Shown: positions 1 through 9,274, counted from the stretch's first letter. The stretch is 64,000 nt of DNA from Patescibacteria group bacterium (GCA_038062675.1 JBBTWP010000001.1:122059-186058), one strand, 5' to 3'. Program-made: numbers and translations. Notes: generated by a model from the sequence alone, not told the origin.

Positions 1-139
1 ACTTCTGTGGAAACAAAAAGAGAAAAGTGCCACAGAAGGCCGTAACCTTCGGTGGGAACGTGTCACAGAAGTATTCCCCAACACCCCACAACTCGTCTTC
101 TACTGTTCCAGTATATCTTTCGTTCACGCTACACCTCCG

Positions 140-601
140 CTACCAATGTTGACTGACAGGTTTTTGCTTAAGCCATTCTTGTATTCGACGTGTGGTGCCC
201 GGCGATGTTTTGTCTGGCAACATGCGAGGATTAAAGAAATTCCACATTTCTATTTCGAAATGTTTTTTCGGGGAAAGGGTAAATGAAGTGACGACAAAAA
301 CGGTAACGGTATCTTTTTTATACTCGTATGTGTTTTGATATTCTCCCAGCATTACGACTTGAAATATGTCCACAACTCCGAGCTCTTCCTTGAGTTCCCT
401 TCGTATTGTTTCTTCTTCAGACTCATTCCTTTTTGACTTGCCTCCGGGAAGAAACCACCCTTCGCCATATTTGTGTCGGACGAGAATGATGTCCCCAGCA
501 GGGTTTACAAGAATGGCCCGCGCACCTTTCGTGGTTGGGCGGACGAGCCACCAATAACACCTCCTTATTTTTAGAACAATTTGTAAAAGTAATTTCATCA
601 T
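140..601 (-). CDS. NUDIX hydrolase
   Basis: Nudix box LPGGKSKRNESEEETIRRELKEELG. Confidence 0.9.
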   Translation of the reverse strand: MMKLLLQIVLKIRRCYWWLVRPTTKGARAILVNPAGDIILVRHKYGEGWFLPGGKSKRNESEEETIRRELKEELGVVDIFQVVMLGEYQNTYEYKKDTVTVFVVTSFTLSPKKHFEIEMWNFFNPRMLPDKTSPGTTRRIQEWLKQKPVSQHW

Positions 602-705
602 AGTGTTTCCTTTTTGTTAAAGAACAAAAAACCCTGTTTGCATAATAACACAAAAAATAAAAAAGTACAGCTGTGGAGTCACCTGCCCAAAAAAACCTCG
701 TTCAA

Positions 706-1146
706 TCACCCCAAGTCAAGCACTTTCGGCATGGCGAATATAGCGCTCGGGTCTTTTTTCCACACATCTGACACGTCGGCATAGAGCTCGAGCTCATTGC
801 CATCAAGGTCGAGAATATAGATGCTGTGGGTGACGGTGTGGTCGGTCGTGCCAAGGATTTTCACCCCTTCTTTTTTGAGGTGTTGATATACCTCGCGAAG
901 CTCTTCGGTGCTGTTGCCGACTTTGAAACCAATGTGGTAGAGCCCGGGTTCGACGCCATGCGTGCGTGGGGTGCCACCTACCTCGATGAGGAGCATTTCA
1001 TGGTGTGTGCGCCCGGCAGAAAATATTGCCATCCCTGGCTGTCCTGCTTCAATCTCATGGAAGCCCAATGTGTCGCGATAAAACCCCGCCATCTTTTTAA
1101 TATCGGTCACATACAACACCACATGCCCCAGCTCATGAATTTTCAT
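706..1146 (-). CDS. VOC/glyoxalase family protein (catechol 2,3-dioxygenase-like)
   Basis: LGHVVLYV, GLYHIGF and DLDGNELELY motifs; start moved to MKIHEL, 6 nt after TGGTATAAT. Confidence 0.88.
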   Translation of the reverse strand: MKIHELGHVVLYVTDIKKMAGFYRDTLGFHEIEAGQPGMAIFSAGRTHHEMLLIEVGGTPRTHGVEPGLYHIGFKVGNSTEELREVYQHLKKEGVKILGTTDHTVTHSIYILDLDGNELELYADVSDVWKKDPSAIFAMPKVLDLG

Positions 1147-1264
1147 TCGACCATTATACCACTGCGACAAAACTCCGCACTTGTGTCGCATTTGCTTGTG
1201 AAGCTCAAGTGCGCACAAACGCACACCCGTTGCCTTGCTGGGTACAATTTGCTATACTTTTTGT

Positions 1265-1480
1265 ATGAAAGATATCTATATTTCCAGCGGGCTTTTCGCA
1301 AGACCTTCTTTTGTCGAGGGGGTATCACGAGTAATGGATTTGGGCGCAACCCTCCAAGAGTACAATATTTCAGAGACAGAACAAGAAGCTGACATAAAAG
1401 CACTTAAAAATGACTGGCAAGTGGTCGGGGGGGATTTAAACTTTTCTATAAAAACCTATGAACAAGGGCTTGCAAAATAA
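1265..1480 (+). CDS. small hypothetical protein upstream of DUF2335 gene
   Basis: ATG 6 nt after TGCTATACT; overlaps next gene; ADIKALKNDWQVVGGD segment. Confidence 0.7.
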   Translation: MKDIYISSGLFARPSFVEGVSRVMDLGATLQEYNISETEQEADIKALKNDWQVVGGDLNFSIKTYEQGLAK

Positions 1481-1868
1481 TCTTAACCAAAATCAGTTAG
1501 TGATTCAGCAAAGCTCGGTTCAGTCGTTTTCTGGACCACTTCCGCATCCAGATATCCTGCGCAAATTTAATGAGGTGCTTCCTGGGGCTGCTGAAAGAAT
1601 TATAAAAATGGCCGAGGACCAATCTGCGCACAGAAAATGGCTTGAGAAAAAGGTGATTGATTCTGACATCTCTCGCTCAAAATGGGGGCAAATTCTCGGT
1701 TTTATCATGGGGATGACGGGGATTGTTGCTTCGGTTGTTATCGCAATTTTTGGGAGTCCAATCGCAGGCAGTATTATGGGTGTTGGTACTCTCGCCTCAC
1801 TTGTGGGAGTCTTTATGTATGGCTCAAAGACTCGAAGCAAAGAAAGAGAGAAGGGGAAGGAAGAGTAG
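1458..1868 (+). CDS. DUF2335 membrane protein
   Basis: FSGPLPHPDIL...PGAAERIIKMAE motif plus two TM helices. Confidence 0.85.
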   Translation: MNKGLQNNLNQNQLVIQQSSVQSFSGPLPHPDILRKFNEVLPGAAERIIKMAEDQSAHRKWLEKKVIDSDISRSKWGQILGFIMGMTGIVASVVIAIFGSPIAGSIMGVGTLASLVGVFMYGSKTRSKEREKGKEE

Positions 1869-1980
1869 GCATTCTTGGGAAAATTTACTAGAAAGACGGA
1901 ATTATTTTTGTGCAGAGGTTTAACTTTTTTTGGAAGAAGAAACGTGTTGATTATTTCACAAAAGGGAGTACTATGGAGGT

Positions 1981-3486
1981 ATGAAAAAGATATTAATCTC
2001 ACTAGTGTTTGTTGCTCTTGTTGCACCACAAATCGCTCTCGCGTCCTGGTGGAATCCGTTTACATGGAAGATTTTTACCAAACCAACGGAGGTGCCGATT
2101 GAAGAGCCAAAAAAACAAATCATAGAAGTTGAGGATCAAAAGGCAATCATAACCGCCACGAGTACTGTAAAGGTTGAGCAACCAAAAAGGGAAGTGGCCG
2201 AGTCAAAAAAAGAGTCAATTGATTCTCGCGCAAGTGAAATTGCAAAACTGAAAAAGGAAGTGGAGGAGTTGAAGAGGGTGCAAAGCACAATACAGGTTGT
2301 GGTAAAACAGCCAGTCCCACCTCCTGAAATTGCTAAAGTTACAAAACCAGTAGTCCTCATTGTTCCACAAGTGGAAGAAAAAAAGATGAACACCGTGTCT
2401 TTCCCAAATGGATCTGTTGCCGAAATAGATACAAGTGGGAATATTGTGCGATGGATAAAAGAGGTGCCTCAGCAAGCATACATTTCTCCCACATCAACAC
2501 AGGATCAAGTTTCAGTGACAGTTCAAATCTCATCAATTAATGTTGTTGCAACGGTTAATTCAGCCAGAATTGAATGGCAAACAAACACCCCAACAAACTC
2601 AAAAGTCTTCCTTTCTGGGTGGATGGTGGAAGGGGCGAAGGCGGATGAGAGAATGGTGCGACTACAAGAGGTTTATAACTCCGAATCTGGGTTATCTACT
2701 CGACACATGGTCAATGTATCAGGACTAAGTAGTGGTACAAATTACTCGTACGAGATTGAATCTATTAACGGGAACCAACAAGTTGCAAAAAAGGTTGGGT
2801 TATTCACAACGAATGCACCAAAACCAGACGAATATACTATCTCCGTACAACCTGATAAAATTTCAGTACCTGCCAGCGGTTGGCATAGTGTTTCTATTAA
2901 AGTTAGCACTCTCAAAAACGGACAGAGTCAGTCCAATCAAAATGTTTTAATAACCACCCCAGATTCCTCTCAAAACCGCTCCAGCAGCAATGGAAACAAT
3001 ACCTTCACCTATTATCCAAAGACAGTTGGAGCGCATAAGTTAGATTTTTCATGGAACGGAGTTACTAAGAGTGTTGATATTCAGGCAACTTCTTATCAAA
3101 AGGTAGAACAGATTACCCTTAATGTTTTAGATAGTAATGTGATTATTCCATTAGGAACTACAAATTATATTATTGGCAAGTTTACATTATCGGGGTCTGA
3201 TGAATTAACTCGCATCACGAAGGCTACTCTGGACTCTACTAGTCAGAAAAATTTAATTGGATTTTGGGATGGAAGCACGTCAATTGGTCAGAGTGGTGGT
3301 ACTGTCATATCATTTACCGGGGAACGAGCATCCGACTCATTAACAATTACGCTTAGGTCCAGCGAGGTTGTAGATGTTGGGAAACATACCATAACAATTA
3401 ACTCAATCGAGATGATTGGACAAAATTCTGGCACAACTCGCCAAGTTTCTGGTCTACCTATTACTTTTCACTACGAAGTTCAATAA
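1981..3486 (+). CDS. secreted/surface protein with coiled coil and FN3/Ig-like domains
   Basis: Signal peptide ALA|SWWNPFTW; FN3-like SARIEWQTN...HMVNVSGLSSGTNYSYEI; Ser/Thr-rich beta C-terminus. Confidence 0.75.
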   Translation: MKKILISLVFVALVAPQIALASWWNPFTWKIFTKPTEVPIEEPKKQIIEVEDQKAIITATSTVKVEQPKREVAESKKESIDSRASEIAKLKKEVEELKRVQSTIQVVVKQPVPPPEIAKVTKPVVLIVPQVEEKKMNTVSFPNGSVAEIDTSGNIVRWIKEVPQQAYISPTSTQDQVSVTVQISSINVVATVNSARIEWQTNTPTNSKVFLSGWMVEGAKADERMVRLQEVYNSESGLSTRHMVNVSGLSSGTNYSYEIESINGNQQVAKKVGLFTTNAPKPDEYTISVQPDKISVPASGWHSVSIKVSTLKNGQSQSNQNVLITTPDSSQNRSSSNGNNTFTYYPKTVGAHKLDFSWNGVTKSVDIQATSYQKVEQITLNVLDSNVIIPLGTTNYIIGKFTLSGSDELTRITKATLDSTSQKNLIGFWDGSTSIGQSGGTVISFTGERASDSLTITLRSSEVVDVGKHTITINSIEMIGQNSGTTRQVSGLPITFHYEVQ

Positions 3487-3492
3487 AAGAAT

Positions 3493-3747
3493 ATGAATAA
3501 AAATATAAAAATTATTTTAACTATTGCGATATTTATTATTGGTGTCTGGACTTACGGTCACTCAAAAGCAAAAGACAATTGTCGACAAAAAATATCATAT
3601 TACCCAGCAAGAGAAACACCTGATTTTATGGGTGGGATAAGTAAGGAGTCTGCTTATTTTCAATACTTTGACTCAAACATTAACAAATTTGAATCAAGAG
3701 AAGAAGCAATGGAGTATTGCATCTCAGGAAAAGGAAATAAAGAATAA
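3493..3747 (+). CDS. small hypothetical membrane-anchored protein
   Basis: N-terminal TM helix, two Cys, operon-like spacing. Confidence 0.65.
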   Translation: MNKNIKIILTIAIFIIGVWTYGHSKAKDNCRQKISYYPARETPDFMGGISKESAYFQYFDSNINKFESREEAMEYCISGKGNKE

Positions 3748-3753
3748 ATTTTT

Positions 3754-4176
3754 ATGCACCAACTAAAAGTTATTCAGGGGAAATCAGAGGAAATAAATAA
3801 GGATATTATTCGCGTTCATGAGTCCGAAAGAAAAACAAGCAGTGGCAAAAAAATTAAAACCGGCATGGTTTGCAAGGTTTTTGCGGGGGGAACCAACAAA
3901 AGTACTTACGCAATTTTAAGAGGTCACTTAAGTGAAAAGGAGGATAAACAGAACATCTGTATTGATGAAACCTTACGAGAAAAACTCACTGTAGCCGTAA
4001 GTAAATCCTATGAGTTTGAGTTTAGGGAAGCAAGTCGTTGGTGGGGTTGGTGGCGTTGGGCATGGGGTGCTAGTGATCCTGGCTACCAAATTAGCATAAG
4101 AATTGCAGTTGTCCTCGGATTTTTTTCTATAATACTAGGACTAGCTCCTTTTTTGCTTGCATACTTTAAATGTTAA
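3754..4176 (+). CDS. hypothetical protein with C-terminal TM helix
   Basis: 140-aa ORF 6 nt after previous gene; Trp-rich segment then hydrophobic tail. Confidence 0.7.
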   Translation: MHQLKVIQGKSEEINKDIIRVHESERKTSSGKKIKTGMVCKVFAGGTNKSTYAILRGHLSEKEDKQNICIDETLREKLTVAVSKSYEFEFREASRWWGWWRWAWGASDPGYQISIRIAVVLGFFSIILGLAPFLLAYFKC

Positions 4177-4196
4177 TAAATCAAGGAGGGCAAGAG

Positions 4197-4272
4197 CGGC
4201 GTGGTATAATAACGATATGCTAAAAACAGGACAACAAGCGCCGCTTGATATCGTGGTCACAGATGGTGAAGG
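4197..4272 (+). repeat. 76-bp direct repeat copy 1 (bcp promoter + first 18 codons)
   Basis: Aligns without gaps to 4765..4840. Confidence 0.92.
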
Positions 4273-4300
4273 CGCGCCTGCTCGCTCGAAAAAATATTGA
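4217..4300 (+). pseudogene. bcp: truncated 5' fragment of bcp (MLKTGQQAPLDIVVTDGEG then diverges)
   Basis: First 19 aa match Bcp N-terminus at 18 positions; stop at 4298-4300, just before the NUDIX ATG. Confidence 0.8.
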
Positions 4301-4303
4301 GTT

Positions 4304-4738
4304 ATGAATAAAAAGATTTACATTGGAGTATATGGAATTATTATTAATGATGGGAGGATCCTCCTCATTAAAAAGGCAAGGGGGCCGTACAAGGGGATGT
4401 ACGATCTTCCTGGTGGCGGAATAGAATATGGTGAGTCGTTTGAAAAAACACTTGAACGTGAATTCCTTGAAGAAACGGGGCTAAAGGTTAGATCGCTTAA
4501 GTTTATTCAAAACAATCAATTCACGGCGGAGTATAAGAATAGCAAAGGGGAAGAACATGGCCTACATCACATCGGTGTATATTACTCGGTAGAATCAGAA
4601 GCAGGCAGTAATATTAAAACTGATGCTGATGGTGAGGATTCTCTTGGTGCTGAATACATTGATATCAACAAGCTTCCGGATATAGAGATTTCGCCAATCG
4701 CACGACCTGTAGTAGAAAGATTTCTTAAATACATCTAG
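4304..4738 (+). CDS. NUDIX hydrolase
   Basis: LPGGGIEYGESFEKTLEREFLEETG Nudix box. Confidence 0.92.
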   Translation: MNKKIYIGVYGIIINDGRILLIKKARGPYKGMYDLPGGGIEYGESFEKTLEREFLEETGLKVRSLKFIQNNQFTAEYKNSKGEEHGLHHIGVYYSVESEAGSNIKTDADGEDSLGAEYIDINKLPDIEISPIARPVVERFLKYI

Positions 4739-4764
4739 TCAATGTATCAAGCTGAGATTCGTAA

Positions 4765-4840
4765 CGGCGTGGTATAATCATAGTATGTTAAAAATAGGAC
4801 AACAAGCGCCGCTTGATATTGTGGTCACGGATGGTGAAGG
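4765..4840 (+). repeat. 76-bp direct repeat copy 2 (intact bcp promoter/5' end)
   Basis: Matches 4197..4272; contains TGGTATAAT-N6-ATG. Confidence 0.92.
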
Positions 4841-5255
4841 GAAGGAGGTGTCGCTCAAAGACATGCTGGGGTCGTATGTGGTGTTGTACGCATACCCAAA
4901 AGACCAAACGCCAGGGTGCGTGAAGGAGGCGTGCAGTATTCGTGATGTGTATGGGGAGTTCAAGGAGCTTGGCGTGACGGTCGTTGGTATTAGTGCGGAC
5001 AGTGCGAGCTCGCATAAAAAGTTTACCGATGCGCACAAGCTTAATTTTCCTCTGTGGTCGGATGTGAACCACGAGCTTTTGACCGCACTCGGTGTCTGGG
5101 GTGAAAAGAAATTCATGGGCAAGACATATATGGGTATTGCGCGCACAACATTTTTAATCGACAAAGAGGGGATTGTGGCGCACGTCTGGGAGAAGGTAAA
5201 ACCCGAAGGTCACGGCGAGGAAGTGCTTGATTTCGTGAAGAAGATTGTTATGTAA
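4785..5255 (+). CDS. bcp: peroxiredoxin Bcp/PrxQ
   Basis: YPKDQTPGCVKEAC motif; IARTTFLIDKEG. Confidence 0.95.
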   Translation: MLKIGQQAPLDIVVTDGEGKEVSLKDMLGSYVVLYAYPKDQTPGCVKEACSIRDVYGEFKELGVTVVGISADSASSHKKFTDAHKLNFPLWSDVNHELLTALGVWGEKKFMGKTYMGIARTTFLIDKEGIVAHVWEKVKPEGHGEEVLDFVKKIVM

Positions 5256-5304
5256 TAAAAGCGCTTATTTCCTAGGCCTTTTCTTGTGCTAAAATGGGCA
5301 GATA

Positions 5305-6135
5305 ATGCCAAAAGAGCGCAAACTACGACGGGAGGAGATTGAGGCCTTTAGGGCGCAGATTTGGGCGTTTTATAGTGCTTGTGGGAGGCATGACCTGCCG
5401 TGGCGGGTGACGAAAGACCCCTATAAAATACTGGTCTCGGAGGTGATGCTTCAGCAGACGCAGGTGGCGCGGGTGGAGGAAAAATTCCCGAAATTTTTAT
5501 GGAAGTTTCCGACAGTGGGGGAGCTGGCAAAGGCGCCACTCAAAGAGGTGCTCGCGGTGTGGGCGGGGATGGGGTACAATCGTCGAGCACTTGCGCTCAA
5601 ACGTTGTGCAGAAAAAATTGTAGCCGAGCATAGAGGGAAAGTTCCAAGGGGGCGCGACGAGCTCGAAGCGCTACCCGGGATTGGTCCCTACACTGCTGGT
5701 GCGATTCGCGCATTTGCATTTGATGAACCGGAAGTTTTTATCGAGACGAATATTCGACGGGTGTTTATTCATCAGTTTTTTGGTAACCAAGAGGGGATAG
5801 GTGACAAAGAAATTTTGCCACTGGTGGAGGCGACGCTCGACCGTGGGCAACCACGTGAATGGTACTGGGCGCTCATGGACTATGGTGCAGAGTTGCCCAA
5901 AGTCGTGCGAAAAAATCCGAACGTGCAGAGCAGACACTATGTAAAACAAAGTACGTTCAAGGGGTCGCTACGGGAGGTGCGGGGGAAGATAGTTCGTGTG
6001 TTGAGTGAGGGGTCGGGGACGCTGGTGGCGATTCGCCGTGCGTGCGAGGGTGACGCACGTACGAAAGAAGCGCTCGATGCGCTCACAAAAGATGGCTTAG
6101 TATATTATGAAAAAAGAAAATACCAACTTGCCTAA
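5305..6135 (+). CDS. mutY: A/G-specific adenine glycosylase, short form lacking the Fe-S Cys motif
   Basis: LPWR..DPYKILVSEVMLQQT, WAGMGYNRRA, HhH LPGIGPYTA. Confidence 0.9.
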   Translation: MPKERKLRREEIEAFRAQIWAFYSACGRHDLPWRVTKDPYKILVSEVMLQQTQVARVEEKFPKFLWKFPTVGELAKAPLKEVLAVWAGMGYNRRALALKRCAEKIVAEHRGKVPRGRDELEALPGIGPYTAGAIRAFAFDEPEVFIETNIRRVFIHQFFGNQEGIGDKEILPLVEATLDRGQPREWYWALMDYGAELPKVVRKNPNVQSRHYVKQSTFKGSLREVRGKIVRVLSEGSGTLVAIRRACEGDARTKEALDALTKDGLVYYEKRKYQLA

Positions 6136-6730
6136 AATCATGCGTGTCCTCACGCGGCTTCTTCCTGACCCCAAGTGCGCCCTCAACTACAGCACGCCAT
6201 TTGAGCTTCTTGTTGCGGTCGTGTTGTCTGCGCAGTGCACTGACAAGAAGGTGAATGAGGTGACGGAGAAGCTTTTTAAAAAATACCGCACACTCAATGA
6301 CTATGTGAATGCAGACCCGCGCACGTTTGAGCAAGACATTTTCTCGACGGGATTTTATAAAAACAAAACAAAAAATATTCTTGCGGCGGCGGACGCAGTC
6401 AAAAAAGATTTTGCAGGAAAAATTCCAAAAACGATGGGGGAGATGGTCACGATTCCCGGCGTGGGGAGGAAGACGGCGAACGTGGTCTTGGGCGAGCATT
6501 ATGGATATGCAGAGGGGATTGCGGTTGATACGCACGTCATCCGGCTTACAAGACTTTTGGGGCTCACCAAACACCGCGACGCGGTGAAGATAGAACGCGA
6601 CCTGATGGAGATTGTCCCCAAAAAAGACTGGGTGCGATTTTCGCATCTGCTTATCTTGTACGGGCGCGCGTATTGTCCGGCGCATTGCAAGCACAAGGAC
6701 TGTCCGCTCGCGAAATTTTATAGCATCTGA
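6107..6730 (+). CDS. nth: endonuclease III
   Basis: PFELLVAVVLSAQCTDKKVN, PGVGRKTANVV, IAVDTHV. Confidence 0.95.
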   Translation: MKKENTNLPKIMRVLTRLLPDPKCALNYSTPFELLVAVVLSAQCTDKKVNEVTEKLFKKYRTLNDYVNADPRTFEQDIFSTGFYKNKTKNILAAADAVKKDFAGKIPKTMGEMVTIPGVGRKTANVVLGEHYGYAEGIAVDTHVIRLTRLLGLTKHRDAVKIERDLMEIVPKKDWVRFSHLLILYGRAYCPAHCKHKDCPLAKFYSI

Positions 6731-6742
6731 TAAAATACTTTT

Positions 6743-7060
6743 ATGGATAAACCAACTCAAGTTCCAGCAAATGGATTCTATTACCACTACAAACATAATC
6801 AAGCGGGTGAAATAAATAACTACGCGTATGAAGTGATAGGTCTCGGGCTTCATACCGAAGAAAGAAATTATACGGTTTTGTATCGTCCACTCTATAAAAA
6901 TACTTTTCTTGCTCCAGCAAATTATTGTGCTCGTCCATACGATATGTTTATAGGGACTGTTGAGAAAGATGGTAAAATAATTCCACGGTTTCAAAAAATT
7001 TTAGACCCAGACATAATTGGGAAGCTAAGGATCATAAAAGAGGGGATGTATGACAATTAA
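6743..7060 (+). CDS. DUF1653 family protein
   Basis: GFYYHYK...YEVIG...HTE...VLYRPLY...ARPYDMF...PRF pattern. Confidence 0.85.
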   Translation: MDKPTQVPANGFYYHYKHNQAGEINNYAYEVIGLGLHTEERNYTVLYRPLYKNTFLAPANYCARPYDMFIGTVEKDGKIIPRFQKILDPDIIGKLRIIKEGMYDN

Positions 7061-7145
7061 TTGAGCGCTTTATTTGTTGATGAAAAGGTAAGGGGAAGGG
7101 AAAGCCACGAGAGGGGCTCCGCGGGGGTATTCTAGGGGCATTGGT

Positions 7146-7199
7146 ATTTTACGATAGTATGTCGCACAATATATCTTTTGCGACATACTATCGTAAAAT
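7146..7199. repeat. perfect 21-bp inverted repeat with 12-nt spacer; dif-like 11-6-11 core at 7159..7186
   Basis: ATTTTACGATAGTATGTCGCA caatatatcttt TGCGACATACTATCGTAAAAT. Confidence 0.9.
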
Positions 7200-7274
7200 T
7201 ATGGTAGAGAAAGAGACATTTAAGAAAAAGGTGCGTCCGGTTGGGACGCACCAAGGCGGTGGTATTTATTTCGA

Positions 7275-7526
7275 CTATTTCTTTTCTCCTTCGTGCGCGA
7301 GGTGTTTGGTTGCTGCCTGTGCATGCTTCGTAAATTCGGCAAAGGTAATCTTGTCGGTGGGTTCTTTGCATCGGTCGCAGAGTACTAATTTTTCTACGGA
7401 GCCCGCTTCGTCGTAGTATGTATACAATTTGAGCCATGCTTGATATCCGGCACAGATGGTACAAACACCACGGTTTAGGTCGGGATTTGACGGCGTACGC
7501 CCCAGAAACTGCCAGTAGCTGAACAT
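7275..7526 (-). CDS. small hypothetical protein, possible zinc ribbon
   Basis: CTIC and CDRC pairs; GAGGGT upstream of ATG. Confidence 0.6.
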   Translation of the reverse strand: MFSYWQFLGRTPSNPDLNRGVCTICAGYQAWLKLYTYYDEAGSVEKLVLCDRCKEPTDKITFAEFTKHAQAATKHLAHEGEKK

Positions 7527-7651
7527 GATATACCCTCACTTGGCTGTGCGTGTGTAGGTTAGCAGAAACAAGACTCTCTTTCCCAAGGGTACCACAAATG
7601 ATTAAGAGCGCACAATAGAAAGAACTAAATCTCTGAGCTAAGGCGCTGAGC

Positions 7652-7879
7652 CTAGCTAAAAAGGCCTTCGAGATTTCCTTTAATGAACGTCCATATTGGC
7701 GCTAAGTATTCAAACCAAATATTTTTGAGAAATTCCCAAATTGTTTGAAATAGTGGCGATGTAAATATTTTTTCTAAAATTGCACGAAGATCGATATTGT
7801 AATACGCGAGCGCGCCAATGATAACTATGGCGATAAGAATCACTTTAGTAAAGCCTTTATTTGAGAGAGTTTTTTTCAT
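7652..7879 (-). CDS. small membrane protein
   Basis: N-terminal TM helix then amphipathic Trp-rich helix. Confidence 0.7.
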   Translation of the reverse strand: MKKTLSNKGFTKVILIAIVIIGALAYYNIDLRAILEKIFTSPLFQTIWEFLKNIWFEYLAPIWTFIKGNLEGLFS

Positions 7880-7993
7880 ACCATTTTTAATTGCTTACCT
7901 ATTATTATATCCTACCTCTCCCCTTTTTGTAAGCACGAAGGGTAGGGCATGTCGCACAATATTAATCGCTATTTAGAAAATTAAAATAAATTA

Positions 7994-9274
7994 TTAAAAA
8001 ATAAAATAATCTAGGAGGTCGAGGTATGCGTTTGGTGCCGCCATGGGCAACGTGTACATTCTGCCATCGCACGACCTGCTGGGGAGGGTTTTTACGGTTA
8101 CTGCGCTCGAGGCATAGAGCGAGACATGGAGGTGTGGGCCTGTTGAATAACCGGTGTTACCACTGTAGGCAACCACGTCCCCTGCCGATACGGTCTGACC
8201 CTCAACACCTTTGACCAAAGAAAGATGTCCGTAGACGCTCGAGAGTCCGTTGTTGTAGCGAATCAAAATCCAGTTTCCGTAGGATGCTCCGCGACACGTG
8301 AGGTCGGTATTTCCGCTGCCTATCACCGTTCCGCTCGCCATCGCTTTTACAGGAGTTCCGAGTGGTGCGCGAAAATCAACGCCGTTATGGGACCCCGATA
8401 CGTAGAGCCTCCCCGACGCACTGGTCTTGCCAAAACGCTGGGTAATGTAGGGATTATCCAACGGACTACTAAACACGTTGACTCCGCGCGGAGGAATAAG
8501 TGATGGATCCAGAATAAATTTCAGTGTGGATTCGTATTCGTCGAGTTCTTTTTCGAATGCATCCTTGAGTGCAACTTTTTTGACTAATATTTTTTTATAA
8601 CTCGACTCTTGATTGCTCGTTTCGGTTAGAAGTTGAGCCTTATCATTTTTATTTACTTCAACAATTTTCTTTCGGTCACTCAACTCATCTTTAAAGTTGA
8701 GTAATTTTTTCTTTTCCACTTCACGCGCACCTTGCTTGTTTTGAAGGTCGGTTTTATATCCCTTGAGTAGTGCAACATTTTCTTGAACCGCCTCATTGAA
8801 TTGATTGAGTGATTCAATATTGTTCAAAAAGTCGGACAGTGAGTCGTGGGAAAGGACAATAGTAGGAAGTGACGACACGTCCCGCTCATGCACGAGGCGT
8901 ATCATCTCCCCCAAAGATTCACGACGAGAGCTAATTTCGCGCTCCTTGATAAATATTTGGGATCCGAGTTGGTCGATTTGAAGTGATGTTGCGTCTACGT
9001 TTACTTTGGTGATGCGAAGCTCTGTTTCCAATTTTTTTCGTGTGAGATCGAGTTCGGTTATGAGTTTTTTGAGAGTCACCTTCTCTGTTCCTAGTGTGCC
9101 GATTTGTTCTTGGTATTTTTTAATCTCCACTTCAAGCTGCTTAATCTCTTCTGCCTTACTCGTTATTTTTTGTTTAAGTTCTTCTGCTGTTTCTGCATGA
9201 CTTGTGGAAGACAAAGAGACGGCGAGCGTGCCCACTATTGCAAGTATGAAAAATAATTTAACGTTGGTTCTCAT
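7994..9274 (-). CDS. M23 peptidase with long coiled coil (EnvC/murein DD-endopeptidase-like)
   Basis: HNGVDF, YGHL, STGPHLH; signal peptide. Confidence 0.92.
   Translation of the reverse strand: MRTNVKLFFILAIVGTLAVSLSSTSHAETAEELKQKITSKAEEIKQLEVEIKKYQEQIGTLGTEKVTLKKLITELDLTRKKLETELRITKVNVDATSLQIDQLGSQIFIKEREISSRRESLGEMIRLVHERDVSSLPTIVLSHDSLSDFLNNIESLNQFNEAVQENVALLKGYKTDLQNKQGAREVEKKKLLNFKDELSDRKKIVEVNKNDKAQLLTETSNQESSYKKILVKKVALKDAFEKELDEYESTLKFILDPSLIPPRGVNVFSSPLDNPYITQRFGKTSASGRLYVSGSHNGVDFRAPLGTPVKAMASGTVIGSGNTDLTCRGASYGNWILIRYNNGLSSVYGHLSLVKGVEGQTVSAGDVVAYSGNTGYSTGPHLHVSLYASSAVTVKTLPSRSCDGRMYTLPMAAPNAYLDLLDYFIF

Noticed and set aside
6083-6994. 303-aa minus-strand ORF
   Set aside because: Antisense to the well-supported nth and DUF1653 genes, with no recognisable motifs.
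7132-7539. Overlapping ORFs 7132..7539 (-) and 7141..7416 (+)
   Set aside because: They read through the long palindrome and overlap the better-supported 7275..7526 gene.
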